Part shown: positions 17,671 through 27,505 of the stretch, one piece after another
How positions within the stretch are numbered: position 1 is the first letter of the stretch
How the letters are laid out: the number at the start of each line of letters is the position of its first letter
Notes under the pieces: model-generated
The model's input: the letters and a program-made list of their open reading frames with translations, nothing else
Database searches by the model: none
What the model was told of the DNA's origin: nothing
Program-made: the position numbers and the translations under genes
Source of the DNA: Dehalococcoidia bacterium
GTDB lineage: Bacteria; Chloroflexota; Dehalococcoidia; SHYD01
Direction: 5' to 3'
Assembly (NCBI GenBank): GCA_965226775.1
Contig: CBDDEI010000002.1
Span: 2,082,467-2,146,466 of the forward strand
Length of the DNA: 64,000 nt

Positions 17671-18465
17671 CTACTCGCTCAAGAACGCTACTGCAGCCTC
17701 GTTGAACTCCTGCGGCTTAAGAACGGCTACGTCATGCCCGCACTCCAGCACCGTCAGTTGAGCGCCAGGCGTCAGGGCCATCGCCTGCTCCGATGCAGGG
17801 AAAGAGGCATCGGTGCGGCCCCAGGCGTAAAGCGTGGGCGCTTTTGTGTATGGCATGCGGCGCATTAGGTCATAGCGCTCCCTGGTGACGCCATCGCCCA
17901 TATGGCGGGCAAGCTTGGCAAAGGCCTCAATGCGGCCAGGCTCATGGGTCGACTGGATCCGCTCCGCTACAAGTCCTTCCAAATCAACATCTGCGCCAGC
18001 CCCAACCACGCGCAGCCAGTCCGCGATTGCCTCATCTGTGGGGGGTTTCCAGTTCATCATGCCGGCGTTTGGCCGGGCGCCAATGCCGTTGTGCCCGGTC
18101 TGGACGACCTTTTCCACGCGCTCCGGGCTTTCGTAAGCCAGCAGGCCGGCAATCCAACCGCCCATAGACGCGCCAATTATGTGACTGCTGCGCAGGCCCA
18201 TAGCGTCCTGGAACTCCCGCACAAAGTCGGTAAGATAGGCAAAGGAGTACTCCTGGTCTAGGAAGTCGCTAGGCGCCCAGCCCACACAGTCCGGCGCAAG
18301 GACATGGAAGTTCTCCGCAAGGGCCTCAACGTTGGGAAGCCAGTCGTCGGCGCTCCGCTGGAACGGGAAGCCGTGGATGAGCACCACCGGCTCTCCGGAG
18401 CCCATATCAATGTAGCGAGTATTGCCGTGACTCAGGTTGACTGATTTGTATTGAATAGCTGCCAT
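17671..18465 (-). CDS. Alpha/beta-fold hydrolase
   Basis: HGFP...GASMGG nucleophile elbow (GxSxG). Confidence 0.8.
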   Translation of the reverse strand: MAAIQYKSVNLSHGNTRYIDMGSGEPVVLIHGFPFQRSADDWLPNVEALAENFHVLAPDCVGWAPSDFLDQEYSFAYLTDFVREFQDAMGLRSSHIIGASMGGWIAGLLAYESPERVEKVVQTGHNGIGARPNAGMMNWKPPTDEAIADWLRVVGAGADVDLEGLVAERIQSTHEPGRIEAFAKLARHMGDGVTRERYDLMRRMPYTKAPTLYAWGRTDASFPASEQAMALTPGAQLTVLECGHDVAVLKPQEFNEAAVAFLSE

Positions 18466-18556
18466 TGGATTCTCCTCTAGTCCGCTCTGCGTCTAGTCTT
18501 TCCAGCCAATTTTCTTCCATAACGTAGCAGTCAGCGCCACAGGGGTCAAGTTGCCG

Positions 18557-19096
18557 TTAGGCAGCCGGTTCTACAGTCCGCAGCCAGCGCCGCTCAACGC
18601 CCTTGATCTCGTTGTGGACAAAAGCCATCACTGCGCCGCCAATGCCTCCGCCCACCAGGTCGCTCACCACCGAAAAGAGGAAGTCCGATCCAACGCGTCC
18701 CATGAAGATTGTGAGCACGTCGTCCACAATAACCAGAACCACCGCCGCGGCAAGCGCCGTGTTGATGAACCGGTCCTTGGTGGTCTTTGCCTGGTCCGCC
18801 ACAATGGTGACCACGGTGCCGGGGATAAGCCCGCCGTACAGTACTACGGTGGGCCAGTTAGCAAGCTGGTTGTAGAGCGGGCTATAATCGCCCCTAAAGA
18901 TCCCCCAGGCGGCAGGCTCAAGAATGAAGCCGCTGCCAAAAAGTCCTGCCGCAAGCGCCAGCCGCAGCAGCACCAGGCCGCTGGTTGCCGCCCTGGGGCG
19001 TATGCCGGTTTCCCGCAACAGGCCCCAGTTGTTCGCTGTAAGTATGAGCCAGGTTACCAGCGCGGCAACCACAGATAGAAACGACCACAGCCACAC
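18557..19096 (-). CDS. Hypothetical multi-pass membrane protein
   Basis: Several hydrophobic helices. Preferred over the overlapping plus-strand ORF 18551..19078. Confidence 0.5.
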   Translation of the reverse strand: MWLWSFLSVVAALVTWLILTANNWGLLRETGIRPRAATSGLVLLRLALAAGLFGSGFILEPAAWGIFRGDYSPLYNQLANWPTVVLYGGLIPGTVVTIVADQAKTTKDRFINTALAAAVVLVIVDDVLTIFMGRVGSDFLFSVVSDLVGGGIGGAVMAFVHNEIKGVERRWLRTVEPAA

Positions 19097-19108
19097 GGAT
19101 AGTACCTC

Positions 19109-19777
19109 CTAACGTAGTGCTGAGTAGGCCGTCGGCCTCAGGATGGTATTGGTGATGTTGAGGATGACCGGCCGGCCATCTCGCAGTGATTGCGCCGATG
19201 CCTCAACCCATTCGGGATCGCTGCGGAACGCTCCCCAGACTTTCTCCCGCGCGCCCAGACTCTCGTAGGCTACCAGGTAATCCAAACGATTATTCACTCC
19301 TACTTCCTCAGTCCAGTAGCCAATGTTGTGGATGCCGTGCTTCTCAAAGAGACGGCAGGTGACGTTGGCAAAGCGCTGGTTAAGGGAGGGCAGGTGGCCG
19401 GTCTCGGTGTCGTACCTCCGCAGCTCGTAGACTCGGCCCTCGCCACTCTCCGGCTCCTGGGGCGAGTAATCCGTAGGACGGAGGATGACGTTGCTAATCT
19501 TGTTGACAATGGGTGAGCCTCTCTCAGCCGTTTCTTTGTTGGATGCCACCCACTCAGGATCAGTACGGAACCCCTCCCATGCAGGGTAGCGGTCCGCTAG
19601 GTTGTCATACCCAACGATGTACACAAGGCGTCCGGTGGTGCCTATCTCTTCCGTCCAGTAGCCAAAGTTGTGCATACCATGCTTTGCAAACAGTTTGGTA
19701 GTAAGGCTGCCGAAGCGTTCGTTCAGCGCCGGCAGATGGCCGGGAGCGGCCTCATAGATGCGTAGCTCGTGAATCAT
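19109..19777 (-). CDS. Tandem NIPSNAP-domain protein
   Basis: Two internal repeats (ELRIYEA...HNFGYWTEE..., ELRRYDT...HNIGYWTEE...). Confidence 0.7.
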   Translation of the reverse strand: MIHELRIYEAAPGHLPALNERFGSLTTKLFAKHGMHNFGYWTEEIGTTGRLVYIVGYDNLADRYPAWEGFRTDPEWVASNKETAERGSPIVNKISNVILRPTDYSPQEPESGEGRVYELRRYDTETGHLPSLNQRFANVTCRLFEKHGIHNIGYWTEEVGVNNRLDYLVAYESLGAREKVWGAFRSDPEWVEASAQSLRDGRPVILNITNTILRPTAYSALR

Positions 19778-19987
19778 AGCGCCCTCCTGACTAATATCAG
19801 TAAATAGTATAGCGGAAGGGCAGTGTCTTGCGTTGGTATACCCACACCATGGACCGCTACGAGAACTGGAAAATGAGGAAAGTGAGGGAAAGTGGGAATC
19901 CTGACCTCCAGGCTACTATCCTTCTCCCTCGGAGGCAAGGAGGGGGAAACGCGCTGCGTAAGCTTAAGCGCCGCTGGCTACGATTGC

Positions 19988-21223
19988 TTAGTGCTTGGGT
20001 AGCGTGAACGTAAAAGTTGCTCCCTGGCCGGGGGCGCTCTTCACCCAGATGCGTCCGCCGTGAGCCTCTACAATGGCCTTGGCAATGCTCAAGCCCAACC
20101 CGCTGCCAGCCGCTTTCTGAGTGCGGGCCTTGTCCCCGCGGTAGAACCGCTCGAAGACCTTCTCAGCTTCCTCCGGCGCAATGCCCTCGCCCGTGTCGAT
20201 GACATCCACCTGCACCTCTTGCCCTTGGTCGCTCGCCTGAATAGAGACTGCTCCGTCCGCGGGCGTGTGGCGTATGGCATTCTGCACCAGGTTGAACAGC
20301 ACACGGTGCACCCGGCTGGCATCCACCAGCACGGTGAGCGTCTCGTCCTCTACGTGCCCTTGCAAAGAGAGCCCGCTCTGACGCGCCTGCGCGCTCATGC
20401 TCTCCAACGCATCGGAGATAAGGTCGTGCAGGCTGGCGCGCTCCAAGTGGAGTTGCAAAACGCCCGTGTCTATCTGAGTCAGCTCAAATAGGTCGTCAAT
20501 GAGCACACTCAACTCCCCTACTTCGTGCTCTAGCATCTGGAGATAGCGTCGCACCGTCTCAGGGTCTGTGACCACGCCATCGTTGATGCTCTCCACAATC
20601 GCACGGATGGACGCCACAGGTGTCCGCAGGTCGTGGGATACCGCCACAAACATCTCCCGTCGCGCCTGCTCAAGGGCTTGCTGGCGCTTGAAGGCGTCCT
20701 CAATGCGGGCGGCCATCACGTTAAATGCCTCGGCCAGCTCACTAAGCTCACTCTTGCCGCCAACCTCCACGCGCGTCTGAAGATCGCCGCCAATCATCCG
20801 CTGCACGCCCACAGACAGTCGTTGAATGGACGTCCGCAGCGATTCTGATAGGAGATAGGTCAAGAACGCAGAGAGTCCCAGGGAGAAGAGCAGCACCAGC
20901 GCCAGCAGGGCGAGGTCGTGTGCGGAGATGAACATGAGCTGGGCAATGAACCAGGTGTTGGCAATGGCCACCACCACCACCACCAGCGGGATCACCAGCA
21001 AACGCAGCCGTACGGAGTGGAGGAAGGGGAAGTCGCCAAGGTAGACCGCCAAGTAGCCAACGGCCAGGGCAGCGCCGCCCGAGGCAAGCAGGAAGAGACC
21101 CAGCAGCGTAAGGTCTTGCAGAGGAGCCTGCAGCAAGGCTAGGCTTCCAGCCAGCACCGCCAGCGTGAGCGCGGCGAGCCCCAAAATGCCCGGTAGCAGG
21201 GTGGAACGCATCCAGGGGGTCAC
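19988..21223 (-). CDS. Sensor histidine kinase (TM, HAMP, HisKA, HATPase_c)
   Basis: H-box SHDLRTP and G-boxes near the C-terminus (GSGLGLSIAK). Confidence 0.9.
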   Translation of the reverse strand: MTPWMRSTLLPGILGLAALTLAVLAGSLALLQAPLQDLTLLGLFLLASGGAALAVGYLAVYLGDFPFLHSVRLRLLVIPLVVVVVAIANTWFIAQLMFISAHDLALLALVLLFSLGLSAFLTYLLSESLRTSIQRLSVGVQRMIGGDLQTRVEVGGKSELSELAEAFNVMAARIEDAFKRQQALEQARREMFVAVSHDLRTPVASIRAIVESINDGVVTDPETVRRYLQMLEHEVGELSVLIDDLFELTQIDTGVLQLHLERASLHDLISDALESMSAQARQSGLSLQGHVEDETLTVLVDASRVHRVLFNLVQNAIRHTPADGAVSIQASDQGQEVQVDVIDTGEGIAPEEAEKVFERFYRGDKARTQKAAGSGLGLSIAKAIVEAHGGRIWVKSAPGQGATFTFTLPKH

Positions 21224-21927
21224 GGGGTTGCCTCAAACTTGTAGCCCACACCCCAAACCGTCTTCAGGTAGCGGGGCCGCACCGGGTCCGCCTCAATCTT
21301 CTCCCTAATACGGCGCACATGCACCGTCACGGTGCTGGCATCGCCGGCGTAGTTGTAGTCCCACACCGCATCCATAAGTTGTTCACGGGTGAATACCTGG
21401 CCGGGGTGGCTGGCGAGAAAGTACAGGAGGTCGAACTCCTTGGCAGTAAGAGTGGCCGGGCCAACCTGGGTCTGTACTCCCCTGGTAGAGGCGTCGATAG
21501 TGAGGTCGCCAAAGTGGAGGCTTTGCTGGGGCCCAACGGTGGTCTGTGAGGTGACCGCTCGGCGTAGCACCGCCTTGATGCGCGCTACAAGCTCTCGCGG
21601 GCTGAAGGGCTTGACTACATAGTCATCGGCGCCCAGCTCCAGACCAACGATGCGGTCGGTCTCCTCTCCCCGGGCAGTCAGCATAATGATGGGCACCTGG
21701 CTCTCCTTGCGGAGAATGCGGCACACCTCCATGCCGTCTATCACCGGCAGCATCAGGTCCAGTACCAGGAGGTCTGGTTGCCAGGAACGGAAGAGGGCCA
21801 GGGCCTCGCCGCCATCCTTGGCGCTGGCGACTTCGTAGCCTTCAAACGTGAGATAGCGCCCAAGCACGTCGGCCACCACCGGCCCGTCGTCTACCAGCAG
21901 CACACGGCCGCGGCTCGCTTCAGCCAC
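21220..21927 (-). CDS. OmpR/PhoB-family response regulator
   Basis: Receiver domain (LLVDD...DLMLP) plus winged-helix C-terminus (VWGVGYKF). ATGA overlap with the kinase gene. Confidence 0.9.
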   Translation of the reverse strand: MAEASRGRVLLVDDGPVVADVLGRYLTFEGYEVASAKDGGEALALFRSWQPDLLVLDLMLPVIDGMEVCRILRKESQVPIIMLTARGEETDRIVGLELGADDYVVKPFSPRELVARIKAVLRRAVTSQTTVGPQQSLHFGDLTIDASTRGVQTQVGPATLTAKEFDLLYFLASHPGQVFTREQLMDAVWDYNYAGDASTVTVHVRRIREKIEADPVRPRYLKTVWGVGYKFEATP

Positions 21928-21978
21928 TTCTAGCGCGTTCCTCTCCGGCGCACGATGCTTCGCTGCTGCCCTGCGTCA

Positions 21979-22695
21979 TTACGTGCCCAAGGCGAGCGCA
22001 CTGGAGATACGGGGGAGCAGGCCGGTAAACAGTGATATCCCAAAGGCGATGAGCATCACGCCCGCCGCCTGGTGCGCGACCTCCAACCAGCGGCCCTGTG
22101 TGCGCAGTAACTGGCTCGTCCAGCCGGTCACTAGTCCTGCCGCCACAAAGGGCACCATCAAGCCAAAGGAGAAGCTGGCCAGCAACGCCGCTCCGTAGCC
22201 TGCCGATGTGCTGGTGCCAGCAACGGCGAGGATTGCGCCCAGGATTGGGCCGACACAGGGCGTCCACCCCAGGGCAAAGGTCGCGCCCACCAGGAAGGAG
22301 GCCAGCCAGCGGAACCGCACGCCCGTTGCCTGCTGAGGCTTGAACCACGGGATAAAGGTGGGCGTCTGGATCAACCCTAGAGTGATGAGACCCATGAGGA
22401 TGATGAACACCCCGCTCACCTGGTTCAACCAGGGGCTGAAGGTGACCACCGCAGCAGAAAGGGTGCCCAGGGAGGCTCCCAGGGCTACAAAAACCACGGT
22501 GAACCCTAGGGAGAAGAGCAGGATGTTGACCGCCATGGCCACCTGGTTCCTGGATTGAGCGCCGTCCACCTGCCCTGCCAGCGTGAAGCCGCCCAGGTAT
22601 GAGAGGTAGAGGGGCACCAGGGCCAGCGTGCAAGGCGCCAGAAAAGATGCGACGCCTGTCGCAAAGGCTGCCAGATAGCTAAATGGAGCGTCCAT
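21979..22695 (-). CDS. ccdA: Cytochrome c biogenesis protein CcdA (DsbD-family thiol-disulfide transporter)
   Basis: Six TM segments. Conserved Cys motifs (LAPCTLALVP...). Confidence 0.8.
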   Translation of the reverse strand: MDAPFSYLAAFATGVASFLAPCTLALVPLYLSYLGGFTLAGQVDGAQSRNQVAMAVNILLFSLGFTVVFVALGASLGTLSAAVVTFSPWLNQVSGVFIILMGLITLGLIQTPTFIPWFKPQQATGVRFRWLASFLVGATFALGWTPCVGPILGAILAVAGTSTSAGYGAALLASFSFGLMVPFVAAGLVTGWTSQLLRTQGRWLEVAHQAAGVMLIAFGISLFTGLLPRISSALALGT

Positions 22696-22930
22696 CTACA
22701 CCTCCGCCTCGCTAAAATGGCGCAGGGTGGTCTCTCGCAAGGGATCATGCCTGGCCATGTTAAGCCCTGTCGAACCCCTAGCGCCCGCCCCTACTTACGG
22801 CAGGCAGGCATGCCTACCGCAGGGAGGCCTGCTCCCATAAGCAGTCTTTAGCAAGCTCAGGACGAGGGGTTGTAACCGACTCGCGCTCAACCTAGAAGCT
22901 TGCCTAGCGTACGGTCGGGGTCACGTGTCC

Positions 22931-23626
22931 CTAGGAGGCCTGCTCCTTGGCTTCCTTGAGCAGTCGCTGGATCCACTCCTCTGTGGTCGCGTACCCGCCT
23001 TCGCCAATGTGATCGTAGCGGATGCGGCCCTGCGCGTCGGCCAGGTAGAGGTGCGGCCAGTAGCGGTTCTCGTAAGCGCGCCAGGTCGAGAAGTCGTTAT
23101 CCATCGCTACGGGCCATACCACGCCCAGCTCTTTCACCGCCTTCTGCACGTTAGCCAGATCCTTCTCATGGTTAAATTCAGGCGAATGTACACCCACGAT
23201 GACTAGGCCATCGTCTGCATACTTGTCGTGCCACTCTCGCAGATAGGGCAGGGTGTTGACGCAGTTGTAGCAACCGAAGGTCCAGAAGTCCACCACGACC
23301 ACTTTGCCCCGCAATTCCGCGATGCTCAACGGCTCAGAGTTCACCCACGCAGTGATGTTCTGCAGCTCCGGCGCCGCTGGGGCGTCCACCGCGGCCGCCT
23401 GTTCGGCCGACGAGTCTGACGGCGTGCTGCTATCCGGCGTCACCGAGTCCGGCGTGACCGAATCAGGCGTTACCGAATCAGACTTAACCGAATCAGACGT
23501 TGTCGAACTCGGCGGCACCGAAGCCGGCGTCGCTGTAGGTGGTAGCCACGTTTGTAATGCCACAATGCTCCCCACTATTACCGTCACTGCCAACAACAGT
23601 CCTTTTACGCCGTATCTTCCAATCAT
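22931..23626 (-). CDS. Thiol-disulfide oxidoreductase, ResA/TlpA-like redoxin with a Ser/Thr/Pro-rich tether
   Basis: N-terminal TM, SDSVTPDSVTPDSVTPDS repeat, then a thioredoxin fold with CYNC. Confidence 0.75.
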   Translation of the reverse strand: MIGRYGVKGLLLAVTVIVGSIVALQTWLPPTATPASVPPSSTTSDSVKSDSVTPDSVTPDSVTPDSSTPSDSSAEQAAAVDAPAAPELQNITAWVNSEPLSIAELRGKVVVVDFWTFGCYNCVNTLPYLREWHDKYADDGLVIVGVHSPEFNHEKDLANVQKAVKELGVVWPVAMDNDFSTWRAYENRYWPHLYLADAQGRIRYDHIGEGGYATTEEWIQRLLKEAKEQAS

Positions 23627-23867
23627 GAGTCACCTTCCTGTATGCCAGACCTGTGTATCAGAGACTACTCTAACAGTAGACTACACATCAAACCTTGCCC
23701 GCTAGTCACTATTCTTACGTTTATCTTAAATCATTTCCGCAAGCATTTAAGAGCCCCCATTAGAAGGGGGTTTCACGCCTGAAGCCGGCATGCCCATCAT
23801 AACGGTAAGACGCTGGATCAGGTACGATGTATCGGTAACCCTATGCTAGTTACACCATCCTACCGCC

Positions 23868-24620
23868 ATGCCTGACATTCTGAGCTTCTTTGCTGCCATC
23901 GAGGGGTTCATGGTAGGCGTCGCCAGCCTGCTCCCCTTTGGTTATGCGTTCGGGGCAGGTATGGTGGCCTCGGTGAACCCTTGCGGCTTCTTCATGCTCC
24001 CGGCCTTCGGCACCTACTACCTGCGCACACAGGATCCCGGCTTTGAGCAAGCGCACATCCTGCTGCGCTTGCTGCGGGCCGTCTACCTGGGCACGATTGC
24101 CTCCGCTGGCTTCGTGCTGCTCTTCGGTGTCGTGGGCTTAGCCCTCAGCCTGGGCGGCCAGAGCCTCATCAGGGTCTTCCCCTGGGCCGGCCTCCTCATT
24201 GGCATCGCGCTGGCGGGCACGGGGTTATGGCTCCTCCTCACCCACAACGATATCGGCATCTATGCCGCCAGCCGCATCCGCGCGCCGCTGGGCGGAAACA
24301 TCGGCAACGTCTTCCTCTTTGGCATTGCTTACGGGATCTCATCCCTAAGCTGCACGCTGCCCATCTTCCTGGTAGTGGTGGGCACAGCGCTAAACAGTGG
24401 TGGGCTGGTAAATGGCCTCACCCAGTTCGTGAGCTACGGCCTGGGCATGGGGCTGGTGCTGGTGTTGGTAACCGTCAGCATGGCTGTGTTCCGCGGCGCG
24501 CTCACCAGCCGGCTACAAGCGCTGCTGCCCTACATTCACCGCGTGGGCGCAGTCTTTCTGCTGGCCGCGGGAATCTACCTGATCTACTACTGGGTAGTGC
24601 TGGGCGATATCTTCGGCTAG
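23868..24620 (+). CDS. CcdA/DsbD-family membrane protein, second divergent paralog
   Basis: NPCGFFMLPAF and SCTLPIFL Cys-containing TM motifs. Confidence 0.7.
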   Translation: MPDILSFFAAIEGFMVGVASLLPFGYAFGAGMVASVNPCGFFMLPAFGTYYLRTQDPGFEQAHILLRLLRAVYLGTIASAGFVLLFGVVGLALSLGGQSLIRVFPWAGLLIGIALAGTGLWLLLTHNDIGIYAASRIRAPLGGNIGNVFLFGIAYGISSLSCTLPIFLVVVGTALNSGGLVNGLTQFVSYGLGMGLVLVLVTVSMAVFRGALTSRLQALLPYIHRVGAVFLLAAGIYLIYYWVVLGDIFG

Positions 24621-26005
24621 TCCGCTACCCGAAACGCCTCGAACTCGGTCAACGCTTCGTCCCAGCCCTCCCGCGTCTCCGACCCGATAGCGTCGGCGGC
24701 GCGGTAACCCATGTAGAGTGAGTGATGGGTGTTGTTGTGCAGGAACAGCCCCTGACGGCCAACCAGCCACAGGTTCCGGAAACCCTCCATCCACGCCATC
24801 ACTGTCTTCATTGACTCCTGATAGGTGAGGTCATAGATGGGGTAGACCTGGCTAAAACGGCGGCTGAACACCTCCTCCACCTCATCGGCGGCAACCAGCC
24901 CAGCCTCGTGCAGCGCGGGCAGCACGTACTGTAGCAGGTCGGCGTCGGAAGCCGAGATGATATCGCTATCCGGGTTGCAGGGGATGTCTAGGCAGAGCAC
25001 CGTGTTGCCGGCAGGGCTCATGCGAGGGCTGAACTTCTTGAACTCCACCGCTCGGTTAAAGGGGAACTGGGGCTCGGGAAAATAGTAGGTATCGGCATCA
25101 CCCACGTTTGGTTTGTTGAGCGCCAGGTAGAGGAGCACCACCGCGCGGTAACGCAGGTTGCCCACGGCCTCCCGCACCTCATCCGGCGGCGCAGGAGTCA
25201 TGCGTCGCACCAGCTCCGGCAGGGGCGCGCTCCAGATGCAGTGGCCCGCGGCCGCCTCCTGCCGCAGCCCGCGCGCCTCGTAGCGCACCGCGACCACCTG
25301 GTCCTCCGACCACACCACTTCCTGCACCGAGGCGGCGCGCTCTATGGTGACGCCATCCATACCTTCCAACGCCTGCTCGTAGGCTGCGGGGATCTGCCCA
25401 AAGCCGCCCTGGGGGTAATAGTATGTCGCCGGCGCGCCCCTGCCCGCAGCGGCCCGGAGCAGATCAGTAAAGCCGCGCTGGTTCACCCGCCGCTCCGCCT
25501 GGGCCACGGCGATCTGACTGCCCGGGAGACCCCAGGTTTTCTCCGCGTAGGGGCCGTAGAAGAGGTCGTAGAGGGGTCTGCCCAAGCGGCGCACCAGCAA
25601 CGCTTCGTAGCTGCCCGCCGGGCTGGAGTTACCCTGCGCCTTCGCAAGTGCAATGCCAGCGGTGAGGGCCGCGAGTCTGGGAATCCCCAAACTGAGGGCA
25701 GCACGCGGCCCCAGCGGATAGGGTACGTAGCGGCCTGCGACTCGAATCTTACCGTGACGCGTGCGCTGAACAAGGTCTTGTCCGAGCAGCAGTTGGAGGT
25801 CGCGCAGGACGTCCGGAGCCAGCTCTGTATGGAGACGGTGGGGCCCAAAGTCCAGGATGTAGTCTTTGTGCCGGAACCCGGCGGCCAGGCCCCCTAGCAC
25901 CGGCGCTCGTTCCAGTAGCAACGAGCCGACGTCCCAGCGTTGCGCGAGGCGGTAGGCAGCAGCCAGTCCTGCCGGCCCTCCGCCCACGATCACTACCGAG
26001 GCCAC
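24617..26005 (-). CDS. FAD-dependent oxidoreductase, UDP-galactopyranose-mutase / amine-oxidase superfamily
   Basis: N-terminal VVIVGGGPAGLAAAY dinucleotide-binding motif. YAEKTWG and YYPQGGFG resemble Glf motifs. Confidence 0.55.
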   Translation of the reverse strand: MASVVIVGGGPAGLAAAYRLAQRWDVGSLLLERAPVLGGLAAGFRHKDYILDFGPHRLHTELAPDVLRDLQLLLGQDLVQRTRHGKIRVAGRYVPYPLGPRAALSLGIPRLAALTAGIALAKAQGNSSPAGSYEALLVRRLGRPLYDLFYGPYAEKTWGLPGSQIAVAQAERRVNQRGFTDLLRAAAGRGAPATYYYPQGGFGQIPAAYEQALEGMDGVTIERAASVQEVVWSEDQVVAVRYEARGLRQEAAAGHCIWSAPLPELVRRMTPAPPDEVREAVGNLRYRAVVLLYLALNKPNVGDADTYYFPEPQFPFNRAVEFKKFSPRMSPAGNTVLCLDIPCNPDSDIISASDADLLQYVLPALHEAGLVAADEVEEVFSRRFSQVYPIYDLTYQESMKTVMAWMEGFRNLWLVGRQGLFLHNNTHHSLYMGYRAADAIGSETREGWDEALTEFEAFRVAD

Positions 26006-26032
26006 ACCGTCTTGCTATAAGAGAAAAGGGGG

Positions 26033-27505
26033 CTAAGCACTGCTTTGTGCTCTGGCACGCAACCACCGGTGGCTGTAGATCATTCCTGCGCACAGGAGAA
26101 GCCAGAACCCAGTCAGGATCCAGGTGCGGGGCTCGTAGCTGGTGTAGAAGGGATACGCCTGGGCCAGTAGCCGGAAGGGCTCCCAGGCCAGGGCAAAGGG
26201 GTCCACTACGAGCACCACATCCTCCGCCGCCGCCTCTGCATACAGCGCGCGAGTAATGAGCAGCGTATACAGCCCCAGCACCGCGGCGCTCCCCATCCAC
26301 AGCGCCGAAACCTGCACCCGGGAGAGCGTCCATGCCAGGAGCGGCGCGAGCAACGGCAGCACGACAATGAGCATGCGGCCGGGGAACCACCAGCCGCGCA
26401 TCGTCAACGATAAGAAGGCGGCAACCAGCACTTGCGTCACCAACAGCAGCGCGAGGGTCCAGCGCACGCGAGGAGGCTGTCTGAGGAGCCACGGCACGGC
26501 CGGCAGCGCGAGCAGCAGGACTGGCGTCCACCGCAGCACACCAAACTCGCCATCGAACCACAGCCCTGCCAGCCTGTAGAGACGCTCCCACAGTACAAAG
26601 TGGCTGCCCACCAGCTCCAGGGTATCCTTGCCGGCGTACAGCACGTTCACCACGTAGGGCGTCAACCCGCCGTAGGTCGCCAGGTGGAACCAGGCGTAGC
26701 CCATGCCCGTGACCGCTGTGCCCAAGAGGAACGGCCCGCGCAGACCGGCCGGCATACGCGCCAGGGCGATGAGCCCGGCTACCGCACCCACCAGCAGGTA
26801 CTTGCTGCCCAGCCATGCCAGACCGTTGAACGCGAGCAGCAGCAGCAACGCGCCGCGCCAACCCAAGCGAGGCTGCACCAGGATAAGCGTCGCAAGGACG
26901 AGGCAGAGGGCGGCAGGCATCTCCGGATAGACCTGCGTGCTGTAGACAAAGAGGGGGGCGCTGAGCCCCAGCAGCCCAGCCGAGATAACGGATGCGCCGA
27001 GGTTCCCGGTGATGCGATAGGCAAGGAGCATCATGCCCGCCGCGGTCAGGCCGCCGATAAGTCCCAGGAACCCCTTAGCCGCATCGACGCCGCCCAGCGC
27101 GTAGGCCGGCGCGATGAGCAGCGGCAACCCCACGTTGTGCGGGGAGAGGATGCGCCCCTGCGCGTCCGGCGCAGATTGATGCCATAGCGGCTGGGAATGA
27201 TCATAGTACGCGGTGTAGCGCTTCAGCTCGTAGTCGTTGCGGAGGTCTAGGTCGCCGTCCTCTAATAGGCTCACCGTAGTCAGCAGATAAAAGGGTTCGT
27301 CCGCCGTGACGCGTGCGCCGTGGCTGGCCCGCAGGGGCACGCCCCACTGGTAACACCATGCCAGCACAACCGCCAGCAGGAGCGCCGTACACACAACGGG
27401 AAGCGTGAGCCTCCCAACTTCACCCCGCTGCGTAGCCTGGGATTCGGCGCGGCGTTGCAGCAACCCTGCCAGGCCCGAGCGCGCGCCGGCCAGCGTCGTG
27501 CTCAC
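26033..27505 (-). CDS. Multi-pass membrane glycosyltransferase-like protein (GT-C fold, ArnT/PMT/DUF2029-like)
   Basis: More than ten predicted TM helices. An acidic first loop (DEPFY...EDGDLDL). Probable start GTG at 27503-27505, overlapping the stop of the upstream GT2 gene. The first ~100 aa of the track ORF overlap that gene and are treated as non-coding. Confidence 0.5.
   Translation of the reverse strand: MSTTLAGARSGLAGLLQRRAESQATQRGEVGRLTLPVVCTALLLAVVLAWCYQWGVPLRASHGARVTADEPFYLLTTVSLLEDGDLDLRNDYELKRYTAYYDHSQPLWHQSAPDAQGRILSPHNVGLPLLIAPAYALGGVDAAKGFLGLIGGLTAAGMMLLAYRITGNLGASVISAGLLGLSAPLFVYSTQVYPEMPAALCLVLATLILVQPRLGWRGALLLLLAFNGLAWLGSKYLLVGAVAGLIALARMPAGLRGPFLLGTAVTGMGYAWFHLATYGGLTPYVVNVLYAGKDTLELVGSHFVLWERLYRLAGLWFDGEFGVLRWTPVLLLALPAVPWLLRQPPRVRWTLALLLVTQVLVAAFLSLTMRGWWFPGRMLIVVLPLLAPLLAWTLSRVQVSALWMGSAAVLGLYTLLITRALYAEAAAEDVVLVVDPFALAWEPFRLLAQAYPFYTSYEPRTWILTGFWLLLCAGMIYSHRWLRARAQSSA

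Noticed and set aside
18551-19078. Plus-strand 175-aa ORF overlapping the minus-strand membrane protein 18557-19096
   Set aside because: The plus-strand translation is polar and low-complexity (His/Arg-rich). The minus-strand product has coherent TM helices, and its orientation matches neighbouring genes.
19860-19905. GAAAGTG-type short direct repeats (gaggaaagtgagggaaagtgggaa) between the NIPSNAP and kinase genes
   Set aside because: Only three short purine-rich units in a single occurrence. It is more likely an RBS/leader-like purine tract than a repeat element.
22700-22930. Imperfect hairpins (GGCAGGCATGCCTACC, GCAGG-gagg-CCTGC) between ccdA and the resA-like gene as an attenuator
   Set aside because: The stems are short and imperfect and no T-tract follows. 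They lie in a region that may simply be an intra-operon spacer.
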